Source: a virus. From it: a stretch of 64,000 bases of DNA. The stretch lies in IMG/VR virus record IMGVR_UViG_3300001533_000699; one strand, given 5' to 3'. A program made the position numbers and the translations under genes. Of the stretch, positions 19,339 to 29,775 are shown in pieces; position 1 is the first letter of the stretch, and every line of letters starts with the position of its first letter. The notes under the pieces are model-generated. The model was given only the letters and a program-made list of their open reading frames with translations, was not told where the DNA came from and made no database searches.

Positions 19339-21007
19339 AATTAAGATATTGTGGATGGGAGAAGCAACGTTCCTAAATACAGGCTACGGTGTATACGGCA
19401 AAGAATTACTGACAAGACTACATCAAACTGGAAAGTATGATATTGCTGAACTAGGAGGGTATGGTAAATGCAACGATGCGCACAGCTTAGATATACCGTG
19501 GACATACTACGGATGTATGCCCGATGACGAAACACAAAACGCTGAGTATAGTAAAGAAATCGCAAACCAATGGGGTATGTGGAGATTTGAAGAAATATGC
19601 TTAGACTTTCAACCTGATGTAGTACTGGATATTCGCGATATATGGATGTCTGATTTTGTTGGTAGGTCTCCTTATCGTAGATTGTTCTCATGGATTTTGA
19701 TGCCAACGATAGATAGCGCGCCACAAATGGAACAATGGCTAGATACATATATAAATGCTGATGCAGTACTTACATACTCAGAGTTTGGTAGAGATATGCT
19801 ACTCAAGGAAACCGGTGGACAGATAGAATTTATGGGTATCGCTTCACCAGCAGCAGACTATACATTATTTAAGCCAGTCTCCAATAAACAAGCACACAAA
19901 TCTAGCATGGGTTTAGATGAAGATACGCTAATAGTTGGTACTGTGATGCGTAACCAAAAACGTAAATTATACCCAGACCTCATTAGTGGATTTAAGTCTT
20001 ACTTAGAGCAGCACACACGCCTTGCTGACAAAACCTTCTTGTATATACACACTGGATATCCTGATATCGGATGGGATTTGCCTCGCTTGATTCGTGAGTC
20101 TGGCATAGGGCACAAGATACTATGTACGTATATGTGCGTATCTTGCCATAATGTATTTCCATCTTTCTTTCAGGACGCTCGTAGGACATGTCCTAAGTGT
20201 GGGGCTCCACACGCTAAAATGCCGTCTGGAACAATGGGGGTTACTACGGCAAATTTGGCAGATATTATGAACACATTTGATGTGTATGTTCAATACTCTA
20301 CTTGCGAAGGTTTTGGAATGCCGCAAATAGAAGCTGCCGCATGTGGCGTTCCAATTATGTCTGTTGATTATTCAGCTATGTCATCCGTAGTAAAAAACTT
20401 AGGAGGCACCCCAATTAAGGTGCAACGTCTGTTTCGAGAGGCTGAAACTCACGCATATCGCGCATATCCAGACAATAAAGACTTTGCTAATAAATTAGGT
20501 AAAATTCTTAGTAAATCCAATGCTGAAAGAAAAAAAATAGCTAGAGACACATATTTGGCGTGTCGTAAGCATTATGATTGGGAAAGAGCAACTAATATAT
20601 GGATTAATGCACTAGATATTGTACAACCCAGTGACTGGAATGTACCGCCACGATTAACACAACCTAACCTCAATATACCACAGGGCATGTCTGACCAATC
20701 ATTTGTTAATTGGTGCATAGCAAATATATGGGGTGAGCCCGATAAGATAAATTCATATTTTGCGTTACGTATGGCGAGAGACCTACATTACGGCGAAGCT
20801 ATCAGTGGATATGGCGGTGTTTATTACTCAGAAGATAGCCTACTTATAGACAAGCCTAAGTACCGGACTTTTAATCGCGGCGACGTAATTGAAGCAATGA
20901 TAGAGTTAAATAAGCACAGAAATTATTGGGAGCAACGTCGTGCTGGTATCTTAGATGTTGAAACGCCAATGTATATTCAATTAGCAAGACATAGGAGAAG
21001 CACATGA
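19328..21007 (+). CDS. GT-B (GT4-like) glycosyltransferase with zinc-ribbon insert
   Basis: TGYG, RNQKRK, EGFGMPQIEAAACGVP; CVSC..CPKC insert. Confidence 0.88.
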   Translation: MKNKIKILWMGEATFLNTGYGVYGKELLTRLHQTGKYDIAELGGYGKCNDAHSLDIPWTYYGCMPDDETQNAEYSKEIANQWGMWRFEEICLDFQPDVVLDIRDIWMSDFVGRSPYRRLFSWILMPTIDSAPQMEQWLDTYINADAVLTYSEFGRDMLLKETGGQIEFMGIASPAADYTLFKPVSNKQAHKSSMGLDEDTLIVGTVMRNQKRKLYPDLISGFKSYLEQHTRLADKTFLYIHTGYPDIGWDLPRLIRESGIGHKILCTYMCVSCHNVFPSFFQDARRTCPKCGAPHAKMPSGTMGVTTANLADIMNTFDVYVQYSTCEGFGMPQIEAAACGVPIMSVDYSAMSSVVKNLGGTPIKVQRLFREAETHAYRAYPDNKDFANKLGKILSKSNAERKKIARDTYLACRKHYDWERATNIWINALDIVQPSDWNVPPRLTQPNLNIPQGMSDQSFVNWCIANIWGEPDKINSYFALRMARDLHYGEAISGYGGVYYSEDSLLIDKPKYRTFNRGDVIEAMIELNKHRNYWEQRRAGILDVETPMYIQLARHRRST

Positions 21008-21462
21008 ATGACCTAAACCACAAATTACAAGAAATACTTTGGGGAGTTGGATGTGGCAATACAGAAACAATATCACAGCTTACTGAAGTAATTCGTGATG
21101 TCATACATCACATACTTAGACAACACGTAACATACACAGCCATTGATGATAACGCACAATTACCACAAAACACAAAAACACATGTTATATATCACAGTGT
21201 TGAGGCCGCACGGAGACATTTCAAAGATTCTCGTGTAGACATAATAACTCGCATGGTCTCATTATTGGAAAACAATATAATTAAAGACCTAAGTAGCTTA
21301 AACGAAACAAATGAAACTCTATTAAATGAATTTCATATAGAGATAGCCGATGACTATACGCCAGCTAACGAGAACCACGCACAAGCCCAAGACCTCATAC
21401 AAATTAAGTGCTCAGTCGATATTACAGTATTGCCAAGGACCAATGATGACACCGTGGCATAG
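21004..21462 (+). CDS. hypothetical protein
   Basis: 152-aa ORF, ATGA overlap. Confidence 0.55.
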   Translation: MNDLNHKLQEILWGVGCGNTETISQLTEVIRDVIHHILRQHVTYTAIDDNAQLPQNTKTHVIYHSVEAARRHFKDSRVDIITRMVSLLENNIIKDLSSLNETNETLLNEFHIEIADDYTPANENHAQAQDLIQIKCSVDITVLPRTNDDTVA

Positions 21463-22105
21463 TCCTAATTCTGACAATTTAGTATTGTCGTTTGAAAGAA
21501 GCGGACTAAATTGGTTTATGCATTGTGTAGAAGTGCTAACAGGTTATCCAACACCAAGCGGTAAATTTCACCCAGAAAGATATGTGACTAATAGACTAGC
21601 ATTCTTACGTTGTCATAAGATATTTAAACTAAATAGTCCAGGTGAATTAGCACGCAACAATATATGGCCAGACAATAATAACGGATGCTGGAAACGCGTA
21701 CTTTTAATATTACGAGACTATAAAGATAGTTACAATAGAAGTGGAGTACCGTTGCAGTTTCGCGGATATGCACATAATATTATGTATTTTGAGCAACTCA
21801 CTATACCAAAACTGGTTGTATATTACGACGACATAATCAACTCACTAACAATGGTAGGACACGCACTCAAATTTTTGCGACTACCATGCTTACAACATAG
21901 ATTAAAGGGGTTCGTATGGTATATTGAAAAAGCAAAATCAATAAAACAATATCATACGATATGGAGAAAACCAACAGACGAAGGCACTGGAAAGATATAT
22001 CCGTGTGATAATGCTAGTAGAGACATAGCGAAGAATGAATTGTTAAATACACTACCAATATCATTGTATGAAAAATACCTAAGTAGATACGAGAACGCAG
22101 AATGA
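21443..22105 (+). CDS. sulfotransferase-like protein
   Basis: SFERSGLNW (5'-PSB-like), LRDYKDS (3'-PB-like), YYDDI. Confidence 0.6.
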   Translation: MMTPWHSPNSDNLVLSFERSGLNWFMHCVEVLTGYPTPSGKFHPERYVTNRLAFLRCHKIFKLNSPGELARNNIWPDNNNGCWKRVLLILRDYKDSYNRSGVPLQFRGYAHNIMYFEQLTIPKLVVYYDDIINSLTMVGHALKFLRLPCLQHRLKGFVWYIEKAKSIKQYHTIWRKPTDEGTGKIYPCDNASRDIAKNELLNTLPISLYEKYLSRYENAE

Positions 22106-23235
22106 AAGTATTGTTTATAGGAGTTTGGAAAGACGGGTCTGGGTGGGGCAACGCTACTCAAAACTACATACTCGCTTTAGATAGCGTTGGTATAGAAGTA
22201 GTCCCTCGCGCCATTAAGCTAAATGACGTAGAAGCAGAAGTACCAGAACGTATTCTAGAACTTGAGCAAAACAACGAACGCAATTGTGATGCATGCATAC
22301 AGCATATACTTCCGCATATGATGACGTATGATAGTCGCGTAGGAGTAAATGTCGGTGTGTTTGACTATGAAACCACTAATTTTCGACGCACTAATTGGGC
22401 AACGTATCTAAATACCATGGACCAAGTTTGGGTTCCAAATAATGCTATGGTACAGTATACTACAGATAGCTACGTTAACAAACCGATACATGTAGTGCCA
22501 CACTGTACAGACATATCGAAATACAGCCAAAGATACGAGCCATATCCTATACCTGAAGTAAATGACAACTTTACCTTCTATACAATATCTACATTAATGC
22601 GTAGAAAGAATCTACCTGCTTTAATAAAAGCTTTTCATTTAGAATTTCAGCCACATGAACCAGTGAAGTTGATGCTCAAGGTAAGTGGTGCGCGTACTCA
22701 TATCGTACAACAAATAAAAGAAATGACCATGGAAATCAAACGTGGGCTAAGACTATATCCAAATTTATCAGACTATAATTCAGAAATAATCATAACACAA
22801 TGGATGAACAATAATGAAATAATGAGACTACATCAAACTGGCGATTGTTTTGTATTGCCGTCATATGGTGAAGCATGGTGTATTCCAGGGTTCGACGCGA
22901 TGGCGTTAGGTAATCCTGTGATTCTTACGCGGGAAGGTGGGCCAAAAGATTACATTAGAGATAATGAAAACGGTATATTGGTAGACTGTCGTTTAGAACC
23001 AGCGTTTATAAGACCGGAAGAAGTACCCATAGAAAACATATGGACAGGACACGAAAATTGGCACGCTGTTGATATTGACGACCTACGAAAGAAAATGCGC
23101 ATGGTATATGAAGACAAGGCCTTACGTACAAAGCTAAGCAACAACGGCATAGATTCCTCATATGACTATCATCATAATGTAATCGGTAAAAGGATGGTGT
23201 CGCTCATTGAACAACAAATTTCTGGAGAACAATAA
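22102..23235 (+). CDS. GT4-like glycosyltransferase
   Basis: SGWG, RRKN, LPSYGEAWCIPGFDAMALGNPVI. Confidence 0.88.
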   Translation: MKVLFIGVWKDGSGWGNATQNYILALDSVGIEVVPRAIKLNDVEAEVPERILELEQNNERNCDACIQHILPHMMTYDSRVGVNVGVFDYETTNFRRTNWATYLNTMDQVWVPNNAMVQYTTDSYVNKPIHVVPHCTDISKYSQRYEPYPIPEVNDNFTFYTISTLMRRKNLPALIKAFHLEFQPHEPVKLMLKVSGARTHIVQQIKEMTMEIKRGLRLYPNLSDYNSEIIITQWMNNNEIMRLHQTGDCFVLPSYGEAWCIPGFDAMALGNPVILTREGGPKDYIRDNENGILVDCRLEPAFIRPEEVPIENIWTGHENWHAVDIDDLRKKMRMVYEDKALRTKLSNNGIDSSYDYHHNVIGKRMVSLIEQQISGEQ

Positions 23236-24251
23236 TGTCGTCCGCAATACAAAGTATTATCAGAAGAGCCACAAGAAATCCAAATAGCCCATGGAATATT
23301 CTCACGTTTCCAACCCACGAAAGATATGAAACTTCATTAGCTGCTACTGGACACAACTTCTACGGTATTAGAAGGCCAAACAGTAAAGAATGGAAGACGC
23401 ACTATGCTCCAGTGCCAGATAACTATCATTTATTACCTGTGAGCGAAGGTCTTGAATTGCCACCATGGGTAGATTTTGATATGATATTAAGCCAAAATAA
23501 GGTGTCACAATTTCGAATAGCGCAAATAGTTGCACATCAATTACATATACCGCTAATTAATTTAGAGCACACCCTACCGCCTAATGAATGGACGCCGGGT
23601 AAAATAGCTAACTTTAGAAGTTTGCAGGGAAGCATCAATGTGTTTGTTTCTGAATATCAAAAACAAATGTGGGGAATAGACGGCATAGTCAACCCAACCG
23701 GCATAGACACAGATGTGTTTTGTCCACCTACTACGCCAGAGCGCGAACCGTGGGCATTATCTGTTGTTAACGATTGGATAAATAGAGACTGGTGTTGTGG
23801 ATTTTCTTTATGGAGAGAAGTAACAGGATTTCCTAGTCCCGCCCCACTAATCCCTTGTAAGGTTTTGGGCGATACTCCTGGTTTGTCTCAATCAGCGCCT
23901 GATATTCCAACTTTGGTGAAGTTTTATCAAACTGCCGGTGTTTACCTAAATACGACCCTGGTATCATCATTACCGACCGTGATACTAGAGGCTATGGCGT
24001 GTGGTTGTCCTGTTGTAAGTACTGATACTTGCTTAATTCCAAAAAATATTATTGAACATGGTGTGAATGGGTTTGTAGGTAGTAATGTAGATGAACTTAA
24101 AGGCTACACCCTGGAAATACTGAATAATCCAACACTTGCTAAACAAATAGGGGATGCGGGGCGACAGACAATACTTGAAAAATTCTCAAAACAAATATTT
24201 ACAGACCAGTGGAATAACATATTCAAACAGGCGACGGAGATTCATATATGA
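23235..24251 (+). CDS. GT4-like glycosyltransferase
   Basis: GIDTDVF, LEAMACGCPVVS, IEHGVNG. Confidence 0.88.
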   Translation: MSSAIQSIIRRATRNPNSPWNILTFPTHERYETSLAATGHNFYGIRRPNSKEWKTHYAPVPDNYHLLPVSEGLELPPWVDFDMILSQNKVSQFRIAQIVAHQLHIPLINLEHTLPPNEWTPGKIANFRSLQGSINVFVSEYQKQMWGIDGIVNPTGIDTDVFCPPTTPEREPWALSVVNDWINRDWCCGFSLWREVTGFPSPAPLIPCKVLGDTPGLSQSAPDIPTLVKFYQTAGVYLNTTLVSSLPTVILEAMACGCPVVSTDTCLIPKNIIEHGVNGFVGSNVDELKGYTLEILNNPTLAKQIGDAGRQTILEKFSKQIFTDQWNNIFKQATEIHI

Positions 24252-24694
24252 ATATATATATCAGTGCTAATAAAGACACACAAGATAATGGTTATGTCAA
24301 TATCAACTTCAATAATGGCATAAACAACTGGAAAGAAACATTAGATGTTACAGTAAGTGATGCTGAAGCAACAGTAATTATCATAGATGGATTGCTATCA
24401 TGTCTGCCTATGGAAGAAGCTATTTTGTTTCTACGCACTGTATCGACTAAATTAAGACATGGCGGTACTCTCATTATACATAGCGTGAATATATATGAAG
24501 TAGCCAAAGATTTCTATCAGTATAAGCTAACCGTTCAACAATTCAATGAATTAATATACGGCGTGCAAAGTAACCACAAATTTGGCATTACGTTAGCTGC
24601 ATTAGAAAAATTCTGCTCAGCAGAACTTGGTCTAAATGTTGTAAGAAAGACAATTAATAACTATCATTATGTACTGGAGGTACAAAGACCATGA
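24248..24694 (+). CDS. truncated or degenerate SAM methyltransferase-like fold
   Basis: FLRTVSTKLRHGGTLII resembles the L-x-P-GG motif; no GxG motif I. Confidence 0.45.
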   Translation: MNIYISANKDTQDNGYVNINFNNGINNWKETLDVTVSDAEATVIIIDGLLSCLPMEEAILFLRTVSTKLRHGGTLIIHSVNIYEVAKDFYQYKLTVQQFNELIYGVQSNHKFGITLAALEKFCSAELGLNVVRKTINNYHYVLEVQRP

Positions 24695-25302
24695 ATCGTT
24701 CTGTAGACACTATATGTTTAGGGTGTTGTTTTGCACAAGGACAAAGCAAAGATGGATTATTTGAACAAAAACACAACGGATGTAGTTTACGTATTCTAGA
24801 TAAATTACGCAAACTAGATGCTAACATTGAGTACGTATACGACGAAAACGATAATCAGTTTCATGTAATATATGGTAGACTATGTCCTTTCCACAGACCA
24901 AATCGCTGGCTACAAAAAGATGAATCTGTTGATGAAAGCCACAAACGAGTTAGAAAAGAAATTAAGTTACAACCAGATGTTGTTATATATTGTAATGAAG
25001 AAACTAGCATTGATGACTTAAGCGCAACTCTAGATAGCTTACAAAACGGTAGTACTAAACCTGTATGCATCTATGTGATAAACCATATGACCAAGATTAA
25101 GCCTAGTGAATTCATAGCATTAATGAAACGATATCCATTTCAATGGCGTCTTGAAAGCATATTAGAAGAATGTGATACTAATCGCACATTAGATATCGTT
25201 ACAAAAAAATGTAAAGGTATCTTCGTATCGTATTTTCGTGCGGGTTTTCACGTACCGCAAGAATTTTTCACTAATATAGATGAAGTATTACAGTGGAAAT
25301 AA
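24691..25302 (+). CDS. hypothetical protein (Cys-rich N-terminus, degenerate GT-A-like C-terminus)
   Basis: CLGCCF..C..CPF; LSATLDSL..P..IYVI. Confidence 0.5.
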   Translation: MNRSVDTICLGCCFAQGQSKDGLFEQKHNGCSLRILDKLRKLDANIEYVYDENDNQFHVIYGRLCPFHRPNRWLQKDESVDESHKRVRKEIKLQPDVVIYCNEETSIDDLSATLDSLQNGSTKPVCIYVINHMTKIKPSEFIALMKRYPFQWRLESILEECDTNRTLDIVTKKCKGIFVSYFRAGFHVPQEFFTNIDEVLQWK

Positions 25303-25350
25303 AAACACAAATATTATAGAAAAAGCAAAACATATAAGTAAGGAACAAGA

Positions 25351-26187
25351 ATGTCCAAATCTAGTACAACCAGTAACGCAACTAGTTCCCCAGTTGTTGC
25401 AGTAATTATACCATGCCACAATCATGCGTGTTATCTACCTCGCGCCATGGCTAGTGTATCACAACAAGACTATGAAAACAAAATGATAGTGATTGTAGAT
25501 GATGGCTCGGATGATAATTCGTTCGAAGTGGCAAAATCATCTATGACACATATTTCAGAAGAAAGTTTAGATAAATCTAACGATACACACCTATTATTTG
25601 GTGTATACAATGATACACCTGTTATTATTAGCAGTTACCCAATATCAAAAAAACAAGCCCATGCCAGAAACATTGCTATACAATTAGCGTGGCAACATGC
25701 AGAATTGTTTTGTCAATTAGATGCTGATGACTTGTATCTACCTAAAAAGTTAAGTATGTCTGTTGACACATGGAAACAGAACCCAAACTTCATAGGATTA
25801 GTATATAGCGACGCATTAATATATGATGAGCGTGACCAAACAACCATACATGAATTTAGACCCCCATACGATAGAGACTTATTAGAACAGCGCAACATAA
25901 TATCTAACGCGCCGCTTATCAGTAAGATGGCTTTAGGATACAGTGGTTTGTATGATGTGGAGTTGCCGCCGTGTGAAGACTGGGATTTATGGCTAAGAAT
26001 CACCGAGAATTTTTTGGCCGTGCATATTCCAGAACCGCTACAACAATATACTGTTACTGGTCAAAATTGTACTTTTACCGTTTCTAATGAACACTGGCAA
26101 AAACAGTGGTCAAGAGTACAAGAAAAATTGCAACTAAGAAAAAGGGATAGATATGGCCAAAGCGCAACGACACATAGCTCCAGCTAA
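25351..26187 (+). CDS. GT2 glycosyltransferase
   Basis: VIIPCHN, VDDGSDD, ARN, LDADD, EDWDLWLR. Confidence 0.92.
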   Translation: MSKSSTTSNATSSPVVAVIIPCHNHACYLPRAMASVSQQDYENKMIVIVDDGSDDNSFEVAKSSMTHISEESLDKSNDTHLLFGVYNDTPVIISSYPISKKQAHARNIAIQLAWQHAELFCQLDADDLYLPKKLSMSVDTWKQNPNFIGLVYSDALIYDERDQTTIHEFRPPYDRDLLEQRNIISNAPLISKMALGYSGLYDVELPPCEDWDLWLRITENFLAVHIPEPLQQYTVTGQNCTFTVSNEHWQKQWSRVQEKLQLRKRDRYGQSATTHSSS

Positions 26188-26875
26188 ACAGATAAGTAAT
26201 GACGACTTGCTTAATGTGATTATAACAGCGGCTGGTATCGGTCGTAGAATGAAATCTCACGGACCAAAAAGTCTACTAAAGTTATATCGTGGTATGACTT
26301 TAATCGAACACCAAGTTCGCACGATACTATCGGTATATCCAAACGCAAATATACTCGTCGTATGTGGGTTTAAGGGCTGTAAAATCAGAGATGAACTATA
26401 TGGACAATTTCCAGTCAGGTTTGTTTATAATAACGAATATGAAACCAGCAATATAGTACATAGTATATCGTTGGGTATGGATGCATGTTTACCCGGTAAT
26501 ACACTTATCATACATGGAGACATACTATTTAATCAATACGCTATCAAAATGACAGATAAGTCAAGCATATTAGTAGCACAACCAGGACAAATAGACAAAA
26601 ATAAAGTTGGTCTCATAACACAAAATCAAAATGTCACGATGTTATCCTATGGTTTAGAAACTCAATGGGGGCAAATTGTATACTTAACTGATAAAGAAAG
26701 AAAAATACTAAGAGACATAACCATACAAAAGAAAATAACAAAACAGTGGTTCTTGTATGAAGCCCTAAACTATATACTGCATATGGGTGGTAGTTTTATC
26801 GGTTATAATGACAATAGAACTTATGTGTTCGAAATCAATAAACCAAACGACATTAAAAAGGCTATAACAAAATGA
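26153..26875 (+). CDS. NTP transferase (LicC / sugar-phosphate nucleotidyltransferase-like)
   Basis: AAGIGRRM..GPKSL, HGDILF, EIN..D. Confidence 0.85.
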   Translation: MAKAQRHIAPAKQISNDDLLNVIITAAGIGRRMKSHGPKSLLKLYRGMTLIEHQVRTILSVYPNANILVVCGFKGCKIRDELYGQFPVRFVYNNEYETSNIVHSISLGMDACLPGNTLIIHGDILFNQYAIKMTDKSSILVAQPGQIDKNKVGLITQNQNVTMLSYGLETQWGQIVYLTDKERKILRDITIQKKITKQWFLYEALNYILHMGGSFIGYNDNRTYVFEINKPNDIKKAITK

Positions 26876-27594
26876 AAATTTTAGCACAGGCAATACCAAA
26901 TAATACAATTAGTGGGTTCGCAAAAGCTGCCGTAGAATTAGGTCATGACTGGATTTGGTGGGAAGAGTCTCATGTACCAGCATTTGACGCGTTTGATGAA
27001 CTAAAGCCAGACATGTTTATTGGTATGCAAATAACACTAGCTCTAGCTAAATGTTTACAAACAGCTCAAATTCCCATAGTGATTGGCTCAGTAGACAAAC
27101 CATTTGTATTTAAACTTACGACACAATCTAAAACACAAGAGTTTGACTTCAAATACTTAGTAGACCACCATAACTTTTATGTTGATGATATGGATGATGC
27201 CCTGCGATGCGACTTCGGAATTGTATGCGGACCATGTCCAGAGGGATTGAATATATGTAGAGAACCACTGAATGTAAAAATCCTAAGTGAGCTACCTTGG
27301 TCCGTGTCTCAATATCTTGGTGTTGGTTCATTAAACGATAAACGGCGACTTTATTGTTCTACTAAGAAAGTGTTGGTAGATAACATTATAGAGGTTCTAC
27401 GTGTTATAGCATGTGGTAGTATGCCAATATATTGTGGTGAAGATGACAAACTGCCAACCCCATGGAATAAATTCCATAATACATGTATACCAGAAGAACA
27501 ATACGCAACAGTGATACAAGAACACCAAGAGCTATTACATAATCATACCTATGAAAACGCCCTCAAAAAAATTATCTCACAAACGGACAATTAA
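26872..27594 (+). CDS. hypothetical protein, possibly degenerate GT-B
   Basis: FDELKPDMFI and HTYEN resemble CgeB-like GT elements; cluster context. Confidence 0.45.
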   Translation: MKILAQAIPNNTISGFAKAAVELGHDWIWWEESHVPAFDAFDELKPDMFIGMQITLALAKCLQTAQIPIVIGSVDKPFVFKLTTQSKTQEFDFKYLVDHHNFYVDDMDDALRCDFGIVCGPCPEGLNICREPLNVKILSELPWSVSQYLGVGSLNDKRRLYCSTKKVLVDNIIEVLRVIACGSMPIYCGEDDKLPTPWNKFHNTCIPEEQYATVIQEHQELLHNHTYENALKKIISQTDN

Positions 27595-27627
27595 AAATTC
27601 GCGTAAAAAAGTGATAGGATAAACACA

Positions 27628-28113
27628 ATGACAATTCCAGTGAACTTTTTAGTTAATCATGTCGGCGCTAGTCAAATGATGTTCTACTTGATTGAGCAAG
27701 CCAACGAAATAAATAAGCAGGGAAGCCTGCATGCCTCTCTCTTTTATTCCGACCTACATAGACCATGTCGCCAGCTAGAACTACCAACGTTTTTAATGAT
27801 AGAGGCTTGGGCGCAGCCTGGGGTGTCTATTTCAACCTCTATCCCAACCACCCTTTCCCTGCTTAGATTTCCTGGTCCTAACGTACGTATGTTTTATGTT
27901 TGGGATATGTCTTGGATGGATAATCCAAAAAGATATGGAGTGATGACATCATTATTTAGACATCCGTCATTACATATAATAGCGCGTTGTAATCACCACG
28001 CACAAATCATAAGCAATAACTTCAACATAGAAGTTAAGCATATCGTAGAGAATTTTCAACATCAAAACCTATCAGAGGTAATACATCATGAGTATTCATT
28101 ACTTAAAAAATAG
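27628..28113 (+). CDS. hypothetical protein, possible GT-B N-terminal half
   Basis: FYVWD motif, cluster context. Confidence 0.45.
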   Translation: MTIPVNFLVNHVGASQMMFYLIEQANEINKQGSLHASLFYSDLHRPCRQLELPTFLMIEAWAQPGVSISTSIPTTLSLLRFPGPNVRMFYVWDMSWMDNPKRYGVMTSLFRHPSLHIIARCNHHAQIISNNFNIEVKHIVENFQHQNLSEVIHHEYSLLKK

Positions 28114-28873
28114 AGATTGGCTATTGGAGCAATACAGTGAAAAAAATCGTTCAATGCAAGATATTGCTAATGAGCTAAATACCAACAGACAACGTATACG
28201 CAGAGCATTAATCAGATTAGGCATTCCTCCGCGAGATAAATCAGAAGCACAAAAAGCAGCCCTAGAGGCAGGGCGCTCACAACATCCAACATTAGGACAA
28301 GCGAGGTCAGACACAGTTAAGCAACGTATTGCTGAAAGCGTAGAAAAAAGCTGGGCCGAAGCATCCGAAGCAACCTTGTTGGCCCGCTCCCAAAAGGCAA
28401 AAGAACAATGGGAACGTATGACTCCACAGGCCAAATCTAATTTGTTAAAGAAGGCACAGGACGCCGTGCGTGTCGCTTCTCGCGAGGGCTCGAAATTAGA
28501 GCGTTATATGCGTGACGAATTGACAAAAGCCGGTTATGAGTTAAGATACCACGTAATGGATGTGATTCCAAATCAAAAACTGGAAGTAGACTTGCTAATC
28601 CCATCACTGTCGGTTGCGATAGAAATTGATGGACCGTCGCATTTTCTTCCTATCTGGGGCGATGACAATTTACAGCGTAATATAAGGTCAGACCTAGAAA
28701 AAAACGGATTGTTGCTGGGACACGGATTTGTTGTCATTCGTATCAAGCAAATGAATAATCACGTATCTAAGCTAAAGCAACGCAAAATATTGGCGCAAAC
28801 CATCAAAGCGCTGGAAAGTGTACAAACAGAATTTCCAAAAAAGAATGACAGATTAATTGAAATTGAGGTATAA
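28088..28873 (+). CDS. HTH + Vsr/DUF559-like endonuclease (homing-endonuclease-like)
   Basis: SMQDIANEL HTH; SKLE..VDLLIP..AIEIDGPSH. Confidence 0.75.
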   Translation: MSIHYLKNRDWLLEQYSEKNRSMQDIANELNTNRQRIRRALIRLGIPPRDKSEAQKAALEAGRSQHPTLGQARSDTVKQRIAESVEKSWAEASEATLLARSQKAKEQWERMTPQAKSNLLKKAQDAVRVASREGSKLERYMRDELTKAGYELRYHVMDVIPNQKLEVDLLIPSLSVAIEIDGPSHFLPIWGDDNLQRNIRSDLEKNGLLLGHGFVVIRIKQMNNHVSKLKQRKILAQTIKALESVQTEFPKKNDRLIEIEV

Positions 28874-28874
28874 T

Positions 28875-29771
28875 ATGGCGACTGGATATGAACAAACGAG
28901 CATTGAAGAAGTACGGAATATATTACGTAATGAGCACGGATTTACAGATGAAGAGTTCATGAAAAATACAAAGACGGTATTGGTGCAAAAATTGGTAGAA
29001 TTAAACGATAAGAAAGCTCAAGAACTATCCGATACTTTGGACGCCGCCGAAGAAGAACCAGATAAGTCCATGGTACCATATTCGGAAGAAGAAGCAATGG
29101 AATCACTACCAGCTTATGGTTCTGAATTATGGCACGAATTTGTTATGAAACATTTTCGTGATGATGAACTGATGGATGGTGCACCAACATGTGATGGGTG
29201 CCGCCGTGTTATAGAAGTAGTCTTGGGTCCAATTATTGCGTCAGAAATAACGCACATAACACCACCAAGCGTTAATAATAACGGTACTGCTACAGTTGGA
29301 GTTCAATTACGAATTCTTATACAAAATGCCGACCATCCGCTGTGCCGTCAAGTGGTGCAATGTGCTGAAGTGGCAGATGTGAATAAGGACAACTGTGACC
29401 ACCCATACCATAAATATGCGTCAGCCACCGCTGCTTCTCGTGCTGAAGGACGAGCTTTGAGAAAACTATTGCGACTTCGTAATATCGTAACTGCTGAAGA
29501 AGTAAGCGAAAAGGCAGAAGTCACAGATAGTGAGTGCGAATGGCATGTTGACGAGCCTATCTCTGATGCACAAATCAATGTCATAGATACAATGTGTAAG
29601 AGATTAAATATCTCTGTATTAGACTTTGTTAACTCTGGAAAGCGCATATATACTGAAATAGAAAGTATCACGAAAAGTGTTGCGCAACGCATGTTGCAAG
29701 AACTTAATAAGATACAACGTGGTGTAAAACCAAAACCAACAACCGTAGGCAACTATAAGCAATGGAGATAA
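28875..29771 (+). CDS. possible Rad52/Sak-like single-strand annealing protein
   Basis: ATAASRAEGRALRK..TAEE motif; ISDAQ C-terminal module; ATG 28875 after GAGG. Confidence 0.45.
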   Translation: MATGYEQTSIEEVRNILRNEHGFTDEEFMKNTKTVLVQKLVELNDKKAQELSDTLDAAEEEPDKSMVPYSEEEAMESLPAYGSELWHEFVMKHFRDDELMDGAPTCDGCRRVIEVVLGPIIASEITHITPPSVNNNGTATVGVQLRILIQNADHPLCRQVVQCAEVADVNKDNCDHPYHKYASATAASRAEGRALRKLLRLRNIVTAEEVSEKAEVTDSECEWHVDEPISDAQINVIDTMCKRLNISVLDFVNSGKRIYTEIESITKSVAQRMLQELNKIQRGVKPKPTTVGNYKQWR

Positions 29772-29775
29772 TTAA

